From IMG/VR virus record IMGVR_UViG_3300008108_000237, positions 2,377 through 66,376 of that record: DNA of 64,000 nt; one strand, given 5' to 3'. The position numbers and the translations under genes are program-made. The DNA is from a virus. How positions within the stretch are numbered: the stretch's first letter is position 1; each line of letters opens with the position of its first letter. This document shows, in pieces, positions 43,691 through 52,859 of the stretch. Under the pieces are notes generated by a model, which did no database searches, was not told where the DNA came from, and was given only the letters and a program-made list of their open reading frames with translations.

Positions 43691-44393
43691 TTACTGTTAG
43701 TTTTTCTCCTGACGGGGTTGTGACTGTTTTCTTTAAATCTAACTTCGGTTCATTATCATCCAAGAATTTTCGGATAAATTTAGAATCTGCAATCGGCATC
43801 TGATCTATAAATTTTGCTATTTCTCCTCTGTCCGTGATTCCGTTTACTTCAACAATTTGTTTGTTCAACCTCCATGTTACTTTCGGAGCGGTTCTTCCTT
43901 CGGGATACGTTGAAGACATACGTTGAATTTCCAAAATTTCTCCATATGACATAGGTTTTAATTTAACTGTACTTTGGGATTTGGGTAATATTGTTGTAAA
44001 AGTTCCGTCTTCTGAAGGTTGTTGACCTTTGATAATATCCAACTCATCCAACAATACGGTTGTTTTAAAAGGTTTTCTTGTTACTGTATCAACTAAATTG
44101 AGTTCCATTTCGGGTCCGAAAGCAGTATTCCTTAAAAAAATCAAAATTGCTTCAACGTCACCTTCTAACAAATCTTCAACTCTTATTTCGGGTTCATAAA
44201 TTTTGGAACGTAATAAAGTTTGAGTCATGTCATTACCTGCCGCCATTAAAATGTTTTCATCATTGGCTGTCAAGTATCCCACTTTTAATGATTTTTTCTT
44301 ATTTTTATAAAAAAAACCTTGAGATGGTAAAGGCACTACGTCATGTGGTAGTGAAAAATTTGATTGTCCGTATTCTTTTGCTTGATTGTCCAT
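43650..44393 (-). CDS. Tail assembly chaperone / gp26-like hub assembly protein
   Basis: 'VPLPSQG.FY', 'LTANDENIL', 'AILIFLR', C-terminal 'FFRP'. Lies between tube and tape measure. Confidence 0.75.
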   Translation of the reverse strand: MDNQAKEYGQSNFSLPHDVVPLPSQGFFYKNKKKSLKVGYLTANDENILMAAGNDMTQTLLRSKIYEPEIRVEDLLEGDVEAILIFLRNTAFGPEMELNLVDTVTRKPFKTTVLLDELDIIKGQQPSEDGTFTTILPKSQSTVKLKPMSYGEILEIQRMSSTYPEGRTAPKVTWRLNKQIVEVNGITDRGEIAKFIDQMPIADSKFIRKFLDDNEPKLDLKKTVTTPSGEKLTVNVGFGVDFFRPFF

Positions 44394-44400
44394 ATAAAAA

Positions 44401-44433
44401 TTTAACCGTAAAGTTTATTTCTTTACGGTTAAA
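44401..44433. promoter_or_regulatory. 13-bp perfect hairpin between tube and chaperone genes
   Basis: TTTAACCGTAAAG-tttattt-CTTTACGGTTAAA, ending 7 nt from the chaperone ATG. Confidence 0.6.
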
Positions 44434-44465
44434 TATAAATCAAAAATGTTTTTAATAAATAGAAT

Positions 44466-44954
44466 TTAGTAAACAAGAACACATCTATCCATTCTTAGGG
44501 TAGTGTTGATTGTTGCCAATCCGTCTTGTCCGTAATTCAAAGTGTTGAAATTGACATCGGTTAGGAAAGTTCCGTACAATATCCATTTTTCAACGACAAC
44601 ACCTGTTGGGTCCAACATTTCTAAGTCGACATCTTTTTTGTAACCCGCTGCATAACCCATACGACCAGTCACAGATTCAGCATGAAGTCTAACCCACTCC
44701 ATCAAAGCTTGTGCCGCAGATGGTCCAATTGGATCTCTAAATACTGCTGGTATTGTTTGCCATTCGAATCTACCAGCTACATAAGTAGATGTGTTCAAAA
44801 AAGGAATCGGAGTAGATACTATTTGTATGTGTGGTCTTGCTGATGACTCAACAAACCACTCATTTATACCAAGTGAGGAAGGAAACCTTAAGATAAAACG
44901 GTTTTGTCGTTTTGGTTCATAAGGAATCGGCATTTTCATTAATAAATCAGCCAT
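44466..44954 (-). CDS. Tail tube protein (gp19-like)
   Basis: 'EPKRQNRF', 'RP', 'AGRFEW', 'EW', 'YKKD...LDPTG.VVEKW'. 162 aa, downstream of the sheath. Confidence 0.88.
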   Translation of the reverse strand: MADLLMKMPIPYEPKRQNRFILRFPSSLGINEWFVESSARPHIQIVSTPIPFLNTSTYVAGRFEWQTIPAVFRDPIGPSAAQALMEWVRLHAESVTGRMGYAAGYKKDVDLEMLDPTGVVVEKWILYGTFLTDVNFNTLNYGQDGLATINTTLRMDRCVLVY

Positions 44955-45047
44955 GTGTTTAAATTTTTTTTGTTTTTGTTATTTTATTGATAAATATATC
45001 CAACCTCAAAAATTTTTCTATTTACTTTTTTTTTGGTGGAATTATCC

Positions 45048-45878
45048 TTATTTAACTTCTCGCTTTAATCCTCCAGCAGTAGAATAAGTTTTTACTATAT
45101 TATCTGGTTTATTTTCAAAATGTTTTTTCATTACTTCTATGTTTTTAGGATCATCATCACTAAAACCTATAGATAATTTATGTGGATTAAATTTATTAGC
45201 AATATCTTTCTTGAGAAATGCTTTTTTGTTTAATACTGCGGCCATTCCTTTGATGTAGTTGACAAAATTTTCCATCGCTTCTACTTTTGCTTCTTCAGGG
45301 TTGACCGCTCCTTGTTCATCCCCAAAAGATACGGGGTGATATTTGTTAAGTTCTAAATATGACTTTATTAATTCCTCGTCAGACATATCCCCTTCACCAG
45401 CAAAAGATCGATATTTTCTTAAGTTTTTGACAAGTTCATCTTTATCTATTCCACCGAATCCCTCTATAATATAATTATAAATTGCTTGTTTTATTGTTTC
45501 TGGATTGTGACCTCTAGCAGTTATAATTGCAAAAATGGACCCATTGTTAATAGCTTCTCTGAAATCATCGAAAGCTGGTCCTGTTCTTGCTCTCATAGCA
45601 TCCACTAAAAAATCTTTATCTCCTTGAGTTCTGAAATTTCTGAACGGTTCTTCAGCGTAATCTACTATTGTAGTACCTTCGTAACCAAAAGGTTCTCTAC
45701 CTATTATGTGTCTGAACTCGGCAAAATCATCCGTGGACATACCTACCTCTCTTCCATTAACATCTTTGAGTAATATTTTTGTAGGCATATGTACTATATT
45801 ATCGTCCCAATCAAACGCATAATATTTTAGGTCAGGTGATCCCTCCTTTACAAACCCCTCTGTAAACAATCTTTTCAT
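45048..45878 (-). CDS. HAD-superfamily phosphatase-like protein
   Basis: Motif I 'AFDWDDNI', motif II 'IITARG', motif III K ('EEAK'), motif IV 'GFSDDD'. Confidence 0.7.
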   Translation of the reverse strand: MKRLFTEGFVKEGSPDLKYYAFDWDDNIVHMPTKILLKDVNGREVGMSTDDFAEFRHIIGREPFGYEGTTIVDYAEEPFRNFRTQGDKDFLVDAMRARTGPAFDDFREAINNGSIFAIITARGHNPETIKQAIYNYIIEGFGGIDKDELVKNLRKYRSFAGEGDMSDEELIKSYLELNKYHPVSFGDEQGAVNPEEAKVEAMENFVNYIKGMAAVLNKKAFLKKDIANKFNPHKLSIGFSDDDPKNIEVMKKHFENKPDNIVKTYSTAGGLKREVK

Positions 45879-45886
45879 TTGGCTAA

Positions 45887-45907
45887 AAGGGGGACAATGT
45901 CCCCCTT
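45887..45907 (-). terminator. Intrinsic terminator after sheath gene
   Basis: AAGGGGGAC-ATT-GTCCCCCTT followed by TT on the minus strand. Confidence 0.7.
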
Positions 45908-45916
45908 ATTTTTAAT

Positions 45917-48900
45917 TTAGATATTTTCGAACGAAGCACCTGTTGGTGTGATGAAGAATTCAATATCAATGAATTCCAAAGCTTTCGTAGGTTTCAAGTA
46001 TATCTTTCCTGTTAATGTGTTTCTATCTAAGTCTTCAGGAGAAGAAGACACTGTTACTCTGAAGTCATAAAGACCTCTGTCTCTTCTAATTGAATCTAAA
46101 ATAGGATTAACGCTATCTAAGAATTGTTGTCTAACTATTTGGTCATTTTGTTCAAACAACAATCTTACCGCTACAGCTGAAATCAACTTTCGTGCTTGAA
46201 GTAACAATCTTCTAACGTTTAATCTGTTGAGTGCAGTATCTGCGACCTGAAGAGTTTTATTACCCCAAATTACAGTTCCCACATCAGCAAAAGTTGCAAT
46301 TGGGTTGATTCTTCCTTGGTATAAAGTATCTCTATCTTCTTGAGTGAGTTTCACTCTTGCTTTGATGGAGTTCACAAGACCTCTTGTGTAACCCGCTGAT
46401 GCGAACCAAGGGAATGCAATATTGTCTGTCAAAGCCAAGTTTCTACAAACTTCACCAGTTGGTGGTATGTAAATTTGTGTATTGTTTACAGTATCTCTTG
46501 TTAATATCCATGGATAGTAAGTCGCTGTGTAGTTAGAATCAATTCCAGTGTTGTCCAAATTATCAACCGCTTCTTGAGGATAGATTATATCCAAAGAATT
46601 TGTTGCGTCAGGAGTATACATTTGATAGTCAGGTGTTGTTGCAATGTACACTGAGTCAGCTCTTGAGAATTGAACCATGTCAATTGCCTCTTCAACAAGG
46701 TTAGAGTTATTTACATAATCTATACTCGAAGTTGCAAACACGTTAATGTTTGTAGATTCAGGATTTGCAAATGTGAGAATACCTAGTAAGTATGCGTAGT
46801 AATCAGTGTTTGCAAAATCTTGAGTATTGTTTTGAACAACTATTCTCTTGAATAAACCATCTCCTGTTGCATTTGGATATCTCTGAGAAGCTGACGCTCC
46901 CGCTAAGAATCCTGTTGCACCTAATTGGAATCTATCTTGGTTGGTTCTGAACTCTCTATAAATGTCCCATCCATCGAATCCACCAGCAAAACATACTGTA
47001 TACTTTCTAGAGTAGATAAAGTAGTAAGGGTTTTCTTGAGTTTCAGGGTCACTGGTAAAATCAGCCACACCACATTCGAAAGCTGTCTGACCTGAGGTCA
47101 AATAAGAATTCGATATTGTAACAACTGTAGCGCCTGAGTCCATATGGAAACCTTTACTAACATAGTTCCATGGTTGACCATCAACAGGTACAATTGATGT
47201 AACCCAATTCAAAGGATTTTGAGTTCCTTTGTACTGTAAGAATGATTCGTCTATTCCGAATTGAGTTGAGAAACCTAAGTAACTTCTTCTTACAATATCT
47301 CCAGCAGATTCTGTTGTGTTTGCAATTCCACCAAAAGGAGGATTGTAAATTACTTCACCAGGAAAATAGTATTTAGTTTTGAAAATTGGAACTGGTGAAG
47401 GGTTCAGAACTGATGCGTATTCTCTTTGAGTATACCCGTTGAAACCACAAGGTAATGCGTCTATTGGAGCTTCGTCAGCCATTTCAACCATAATGTATCT
47501 CGAAATCAAAGCGTATTCACCATCACTCGAACCGATTTTCTTCGCAACAAAGTTGTTCGAATTTGGGTCCATGTTACAGTTTGTAAACTTCTCAATCACA
47601 ATTGGATTAGCATCTGTGTCGAAGAAATTTCTAACCAACACATCAAATGTCATGTTATTGAACGACAAGTTTGAAACTGATACTTTAACCTCAACGTTTG
47701 CTGCGTTTCCATCAGAGATTGAAATAAATTTAAATAAGTTGTAAACTTTATTTCCTCTTAATTCAGAAACCAAATAAGGAGTACTTGGAGATTTATATTG
47801 TGTAACATTGTAAGCGATTGACTGAGGGTCTTGAGTTCTAGCACTAGGTAATGCAATCAAATCACAACTTAATCCTCTGATGTATCCTTGATTGTAAGCG
47901 TAAGCTAAAGTATTTCCATAAACTTCCTCAACATATACAGGTACTTCGTTTCTTGATTTACCAAAATTGTCTACCCCCAAAACTTTTGTGATGTATTTTG
48001 AAGATGATGGTAATAAAGAAGTTTCAAATGAGAAATTATCTGCATCTTTAGTAATACCTGAAATTAAGAAAGTCTCGAAAGGAGATTGAGTAACTCCTGA
48101 GTATTGATTAGTACATACTAAAGTCAAGTCAGTCAAACCACTTACCTCATAAATTGGTCCGTGGTCATCACTTGTAGCACTGTTCGTGAATAAAGAAATA
48201 CCTCTTGAACGAAGAGTTGCAACAACCATATTGTTATATTCAGGATAAGCTGTACCTGAGTAATTATAAGTCCTACCTGTTATTGTACCTGTGAAAGTTG
48301 AAGATGCTCCTGATGTTAAAGAAGTAACATAATAATAGAATGAATATCCTGTGTAAACATTACCTGATGTATTATCAAAGTTTGCGTAATACCAAGGGTC
48401 ATTCAAGTCAGAAGATAAATCATTTGTAGCTAAATTAACACTGTCACTTGCGAATTGGTTTATAACATTTGAATAAGTTGCAGTAATATCATAATAGTCA
48501 CTCTCAGGAATTGCTCCATAAACAACAACGGTGTTTGCTGACAATGAAGGAGTATCCATTACATCATCAAGATTATTAGTAAAATCCAAGGACAATGTAG
48601 ATGTACTTCCATCTGACATTCTATATTGTGTGTTAAAATTAGCAAGTACTTGTGGAGGTAATGCGCCACCTGTAAATGTTACGGTGTTTCCTGAAGATGA
48701 ACCTGAAAATGTTGCAGTCCAAGGAGTACCTGATGTTGGATTTAAACCAATTGTAAGAGGATCAACATTTGCAGTAACTTTGATGCTCCATGATGGCCCC
48801 GCATCATATCCTGACAATCCTAAAATTCTTGTAACGAAAAGTTGATTGGATTGTTGTAAATACGATTTCGCAATGTATGCCGCTTCATACTTTGGGATTT

Positions 48901-49126
48901 GTGTGTTTATAAATTTTGTGGGTTCAGTGCCCCCAAAATATGCTTGAAACTCATCGTAGTTTGTGATGAAGATAGGTTCGAATGCGGGACCTTTAATTGT
49001 TTCCCCGACTAAACCTAACGTAGTCACACCTACACTTTGAGCCACAAATGATAAGTCAGTTTCAGACGTATATACTCCAGGCGATACGTATACCTTTTGA
49101 TTTACTTGTGTTGCTTGAAAAAACAT
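45917..49126 (-). CDS. Contractile tail sheath protein (gp18-like)
   Basis: 'VSPGVYTSETD', 'KGPAFEP', 'PWFASAGYTRG', 'LYQGRINPI', 'WGNKT', 'RLNVRRL', 'KPTKALEFI'. Confidence 0.95.
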   Translation of the reverse strand: MFFQATQVNQKVYVSPGVYTSETDLSFVAQSVGVTTLGLVGETIKGPAFEPIFITNYDEFQAYFGGTEPTKFINTQIPKYEAAYIAKSYLQQSNQLFVTRILGLSGYDAGPSWSIKVTANVDPLTIGLNPTSGTPWTATFSGSSSGNTVTFTGGALPPQVLANFNTQYRMSDGSTSTLSLDFTNNLDDVMDTPSLSANTVVVYGAIPESDYYDITATYSNVINQFASDSVNLATNDLSSDLNDPWYYANFDNTSGNVYTGYSFYYYVTSLTSGASSTFTGTITGRTYNYSGTAYPEYNNMVVATLRSRGISLFTNSATSDDHGPIYEVSGLTDLTLVCTNQYSGVTQSPFETFLISGITKDADNFSFETSLLPSSSKYITKVLGVDNFGKSRNEVPVYVEEVYGNTLAYAYNQGYIRGLSCDLIALPSARTQDPQSIAYNVTQYKSPSTPYLVSELRGNKVYNLFKFISISDGNAANVEVKVSVSNLSFNNMTFDVLVRNFFDTDANPIVIEKFTNCNMDPNSNNFVAKKIGSSDGEYALISRYIMVEMADEAPIDALPCGFNGYTQREYASVLNPSPVPIFKTKYYFPGEVIYNPPFGGIANTTESAGDIVRRSYLGFSTQFGIDESFLQYKGTQNPLNWVTSIVPVDGQPWNYVSKGFHMDSGATVVTISNSYLTSGQTAFECGVADFTSDPETQENPYYFIYSRKYTVCFAGGFDGWDIYREFRTNQDRFQLGATGFLAGASASQRYPNATGDGLFKRIVVQNNTQDFANTDYYAYLLGILTFANPESTNINVFATSSIDYVNNSNLVEEAIDMVQFSRADSVYIATTPDYQMYTPDATNSLDIIYPQEAVDNLDNTGIDSNYTATYYPWILTRDTVNNTQIYIPPTGEVCRNLALTDNIAFPWFASAGYTRGLVNSIKARVKLTQEDRDTLYQGRINPIATFADVGTVIWGNKTLQVADTALNRLNVRRLLLQARKLISAVAVRLLFEQNDQIVRQQFLDSVNPILDSIRRDRGLYDFRVTVSSSPEDLDRNTLTGKIYLKPTKALEFIDIEFFITPTGASFENI

Positions 49127-49142
49127 AGTTCAAAATTATTGT

Positions 49143-49265
49143 TCTGAAGCTCATGAAACCCTAAAAAAGTACTGTGAGAAGAAAGGGATTAAAATTTATA
49201 AGTTTTTAGAAAATCTTATTTTTGAGAAGTGTAAAGAGAAAAAAGATATATATGGAGAGGATTAG
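49143..49265 (+). pseudogene. 5'-truncated small ORF, ribbon-helix-helix-like DNA-binding protein
   Basis: SEAHETLKKYCEKKGIKIYKFLENLIFEKCKEKKDIYGED*. No ATG before the in-frame TGA at 49116. Its stop overlaps the convergent gene's stop. Confidence 0.5.
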
Positions 49266-50302
49266 ACAAGTTTTGAATCAAACTTGATTGTTGATTCCAA
49301 TGAGTTGTTTGTTTTAACAACATCGATTCTTAAAATGTCATTGGTTGAAATCTGAATCTCATTTACATCAGTTCCAAAATAATATCCGTTTATATAAACA
49401 TCAAAACTATCTACGTTGGTTGACCCAATCAAAGACATATTTGCTCTGAATTCGACTATTTCACTCAAAGTGTTATTTCCCACGATGTATAGAAAATTGG
49501 ATAAAAACTCGTTAGGATTTTCGGGAAACTTTGGTCTTCTCCTTTTAAGAGTCGTATTATCCAATTCCATAATCTGAGCAACCCTAGCAATAGCGGGTTT
49601 AACCTCAAACTCTTCTTCATCAATCAAATAACCTAACATTGTAAAGTCATAAGTCTGAATAAAATATTTTCTTGAATCGAGTTGCATTTGTGATTCATCA
49701 GTAATGTTTTGTAACACGATGGGGACATATTGACCTTTAATAAAAGTATATGCTTGTCTTGAAGAAAACTTTTGCATAATAATTTTATTAAGTTGGTTCA
49801 ACTCTCTCATTCTATTGCAAACAATTTTTACACTATAATTAATGTCAACTGGAACAGGTTGTGGTATTGTGTATATATCCATTCCTTGTTCATTCCCATT
49901 CCAAGTTGGAACGGAAGCATAATAGAATTGTTTTCTATTTGGTATTGTATATTGTAGTGAAGGATTTGTACCGTACTTCACTTCAGGCTGTCTAACCACA
50001 GTAATAAACGGAGGTTCAGGATTGAAATCGAGATTAGTGAATAAAGCAGTCTCTACGTATTGTGTCCAATTTTGTGTTGTGATGATGATGTCGAGCATGG
50101 GAATAATTTTCCCTGCCGTTATTACTTGTAAATCTTCTTTAACAAAATCAAGCATACCCCTATCCAAGTCAGCATGTAATACTGACTTTGGTAAATAAGT
50201 CCCATCTTTGTTTATAAATTCAAGAAGTTGTTCTCTTCTAGCAAACAAAGTTTTTTTTGGAACTAATGGTAATGTAGGTTTTACTTGTTTTGGTAAAGGC
50301 AT
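49262..50302 (-). CDS. Tail completion/terminator protein (gp15-like)
   Basis: 346 aa between neck and sheath genes, with 'PVPVDINYSV...NQL'. Confidence 0.55.
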   Translation of the reverse strand: MPLPKQVKPTLPLVPKKTLFARREQLLEFINKDGTYLPKSVLHADLDRGMLDFVKEDLQVITAGKIIPMLDIIITTQNWTQYVETALFTNLDFNPEPPFITVVRQPEVKYGTNPSLQYTIPNRKQFYYASVPTWNGNEQGMDIYTIPQPVPVDINYSVKIVCNRMRELNQLNKIIMQKFSSRQAYTFIKGQYVPIVLQNITDESQMQLDSRKYFIQTYDFTMLGYLIDEEEFEVKPAIARVAQIMELDNTTLKRRRPKFPENPNEFLSNFLYIVGNNTLSEIVEFRANMSLIGSTNVDSFDVYINGYYFGTDVNEIQISTNDILRIDVVKTNNSLESTIKFDSKLV

Positions 50303-50303
50303 T

Positions 50304-50477
50304 TTATTTATCGTCTAAATCTTTAGAATTATCGTGTCCACATTTGTGACACAAGTATGGGTCATCTCCTCCATCAGATAATTCCCATGACCATCCACAA
50401 CTATCACAAATAACCTCCCCGTTGGAGACTACTTCAATTATTTTTTTCAATTGTGTTTCTGTGATAATGTATTTCAT
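50304..50477 (-). CDS. Unlisted 57-aa zinc-ribbon protein
   Basis: MKYIITETQLKKIIEVVSNGEVICDSCGWSWELSDGGDDPYLCHKCGHDNSKDLDDK*. Two CxxC motifs, TAATG coupling to the upstream gene. Confidence 0.8.
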   Translation of the reverse strand: MKYIITETQLKKIIEVVSNGEVICDSCGWSWELSDGGDDPYLCHKCGHDNSKDLDDK

Positions 50478-50992
50478 TATATTCCTCTAAATTCGTTTTC
50501 ACTCACATAAGTGGCAACAATCGTTCTATAGAAAGGTTTGTATCCTCCATATGTATGTTTATTATCTGATTTCACATATCCATCATCACTAACAACATAA
50601 TACCTAACTCGGTCTTCAGATTCATAGTATCCTATGTAATCTCCTAAGAAAATTTCTACCTGTAAATCATCGAGAGTTTTTTGGTAAATACTGAACTGCA
50701 TATTACCTGGTTCTTTTATTTCAACTTTCGAAGTACCAATAAATTTACTTGTAGGAGCCATAACTTTTACTAATCCTTTCAATTCGACTGGTGCTAAAAA
50801 TTGTATTCCATCCTCCAAAACTTCACCATAAACATCATCTGTTTTTGTTTTTCTTCTATCAATACGGTAAAGAACAACGGTGAAATTCATATCACCGATT
50901 AACCATTCTTCTCCCATACCTATATCTAAACCATAATCTTCCGCCCCGAAGAACTTACCTAATCTTGTGATTGGAACCAACTTTTCTGCCAT
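50477..50992 (-). CDS. Head closure/neck protein (gp14-like)
   Basis: 171 aa with 'VLYR...DDVYGE...GDYIGY', upstream of the tail completion gene. Confidence 0.55.
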   Translation of the reverse strand: MAEKLVPITRLGKFFGAEDYGLDIGMGEEWLIGDMNFTVVLYRIDRRKTKTDDVYGEVLEDGIQFLAPVELKGLVKVMAPTSKFIGTSKVEIKEPGNMQFSIYQKTLDDLQVEIFLGDYIGYYESEDRVRYYVVSDDGYVKSDNKHTYGGYKPFYRTIVATYVSENEFRGI

Positions 50993-51067
50993 AATACTAT
51001 ATGATTTCCGTTATATTGATAAATACTCACTTTATAACTATATTTTAACCAAATATTTTTCTTATAC

Positions 51068-52819
51068 ATGGATATAAGTTTGGAATCGAAAGCATTATCC
51101 TTATTGGAATCTTATGAAGGTGGAAATAACTATTTACTCGAACTTAAAAGAAAGTCTCAAATAAATAAAAAATTCTATCCCACAAGAAGTCAATCTGAAT
51201 ACATTATTAATAATCATAACAACCAACCAAAGGTTGCTAAAAAGTGGGTTATTTTAGATGCATACTTTGCTAAAAAGTTGGCGGACGACAAACTCTATAC
51301 TATAATACCTGATAAGGTGTGGGTCGAAAAGTTATTGTGTGACACCGAAAAGGCTTTTCATATTTGGGGAAGAGTATTCGAAACTGAAGAGTTTCATGAC
51401 TTTTGGCTTCCGAAGGCAGCAATAATAAAAGACAATTCTGTCAAAGATGTTGTAATAGACTATGAAAAATATTCTCACAGACCACCATTGCAACATCAAA
51501 AAGAAGCAATCCAAAAACTTGTTGAAAACAAAAAATTTATATTAGCCGATGATATGGGTTTGGGTAAGACTACCTCTACTATCATAGCGGCTTTAGAAAC
51601 AGGGGCAAAGAAAATTCTGATTATCTGTCCCGCGACTTTAAAAATTAATTGGAAGAGAGAAATTGAAAATTATTCCGAAAGGTCAATATTCATATCTGAA
51701 GGTAAAAGTTTCAGTACCGAACATGACTTTGTTATCATAAACTACGACATTATCAAAAATTTCCATGACACTAAGAAAAAAAATGAATCGCAAGTTACTT
51801 TTGCCAATTTTGATTTGGTGGTCGTTGATGAGGCACACTATATCAAGAATCCTACGGCCCAAAGAACCAAACTTATAAATGATATTGCCAAAGGGGTAGA
51901 TAGACTATGGTTATTGACTGGGACACCTATGACCTCAAGACCTATGGATTATTTCAACTTATTACATTTGATAGAGTCTCCTGTTGCAAAGAATTGGATG
52001 GCATATGCAATTAGGTACTGTAGTGGATATCAATTTAATGTGGGAGGTAGAAAAGTTTGGAACGTTACAGGTTCATCCAATTTAGAAGAATTGAGAGATA
52101 GAACATCAGGCCTTGTTTTAAGAAGACTCAAAGAAAACGTCTTGGACTTACCTGAAAAAATAATCACTCCAGTTTATCTCCGATTGAAATCCAAAGCATA
52201 TGAAGAAGTCATGGGGGAATATTATGATTGGTACGATAAAAACCCTGAAGAATCAAAATCTCTCACAGTACAATTCACAAAACTTACCAAAGTTCGTCAA
52301 ATAATTGCCGATGAAAAAATAACTCAAACTATAGAAATTGCTGAGAATATTGTTGAACAAGGTAAAAAAGTAATCATCTTCTGTAACTTTACCGATTCAC
52401 TAAACAAAATTTGTGAACACTTTGGAAAAACTGCAGTAAAAGTGGATGGGTCGATGTCCAAACACGAAAGACAACATAGTGTCGATTCATTTCAAGATAA
52501 TGAAAAAGTTAAAGTTTTTGTTGGAAACATCAAAGCCGCTGGTGTAGGATTAACATTGACCGCGGCCGAAGCTGTCATCATGAATGACCTTTCATTCCTT
52601 CCCTCTGACCACGCCCAAGCAGAAGATAGAGCTTATAGATACGGCCAAAAAAATAATGTACTAGTATATTATCCAATATTCGAAAATACAATAGAAGGGA
52701 TAATATACGATATATTAAATAATAAAAAACAAGTTATTGCTACTGTTATGGGAGACAACTTAAACTCATCAGATATGGCAGAAGAAATTTTAAACAGAAT
52801 TAATGAAATCAGAAAATAA
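51068..52819 (+). CDS. SNF2-family helicase (HARP/SMARCAL1-like)
   Basis: 'LADDMGLGKT', 'DEAH', 'LTGTP', 'LRRLK', 'GVGLTLT', 'QAEDRAYRYGQ'. Confidence 0.92.
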   Translation: MDISLESKALSLLESYEGGNNYLLELKRKSQINKKFYPTRSQSEYIINNHNNQPKVAKKWVILDAYFAKKLADDKLYTIIPDKVWVEKLLCDTEKAFHIWGRVFETEEFHDFWLPKAAIIKDNSVKDVVIDYEKYSHRPPLQHQKEAIQKLVENKKFILADDMGLGKTTSTIIAALETGAKKILIICPATLKINWKREIENYSERSIFISEGKSFSTEHDFVIINYDIIKNFHDTKKKNESQVTFANFDLVVVDEAHYIKNPTAQRTKLINDIAKGVDRLWLLTGTPMTSRPMDYFNLLHLIESPVAKNWMAYAIRYCSGYQFNVGGRKVWNVTGSSNLEELRDRTSGLVLRRLKENVLDLPEKIITPVYLRLKSKAYEEVMGEYYDWYDKNPEESKSLTVQFTKLTKVRQIIADEKITQTIEIAENIVEQGKKVIIFCNFTDSLNKICEHFGKTAVKVDGSMSKHERQHSVDSFQDNEKVKVFVGNIKAAGVGLTLTAAEAVIMNDLSFLPSDHAQAEDRAYRYGQKNNVLVYYPIFENTIEGIIYDILNNKKQVIATVMGDNLNSSDMAEEILNRINEIRK

Positions 52820-52859
52820 AGTATTTTAGCATTATTTATAGTAAATTAAAAAGCCAACA

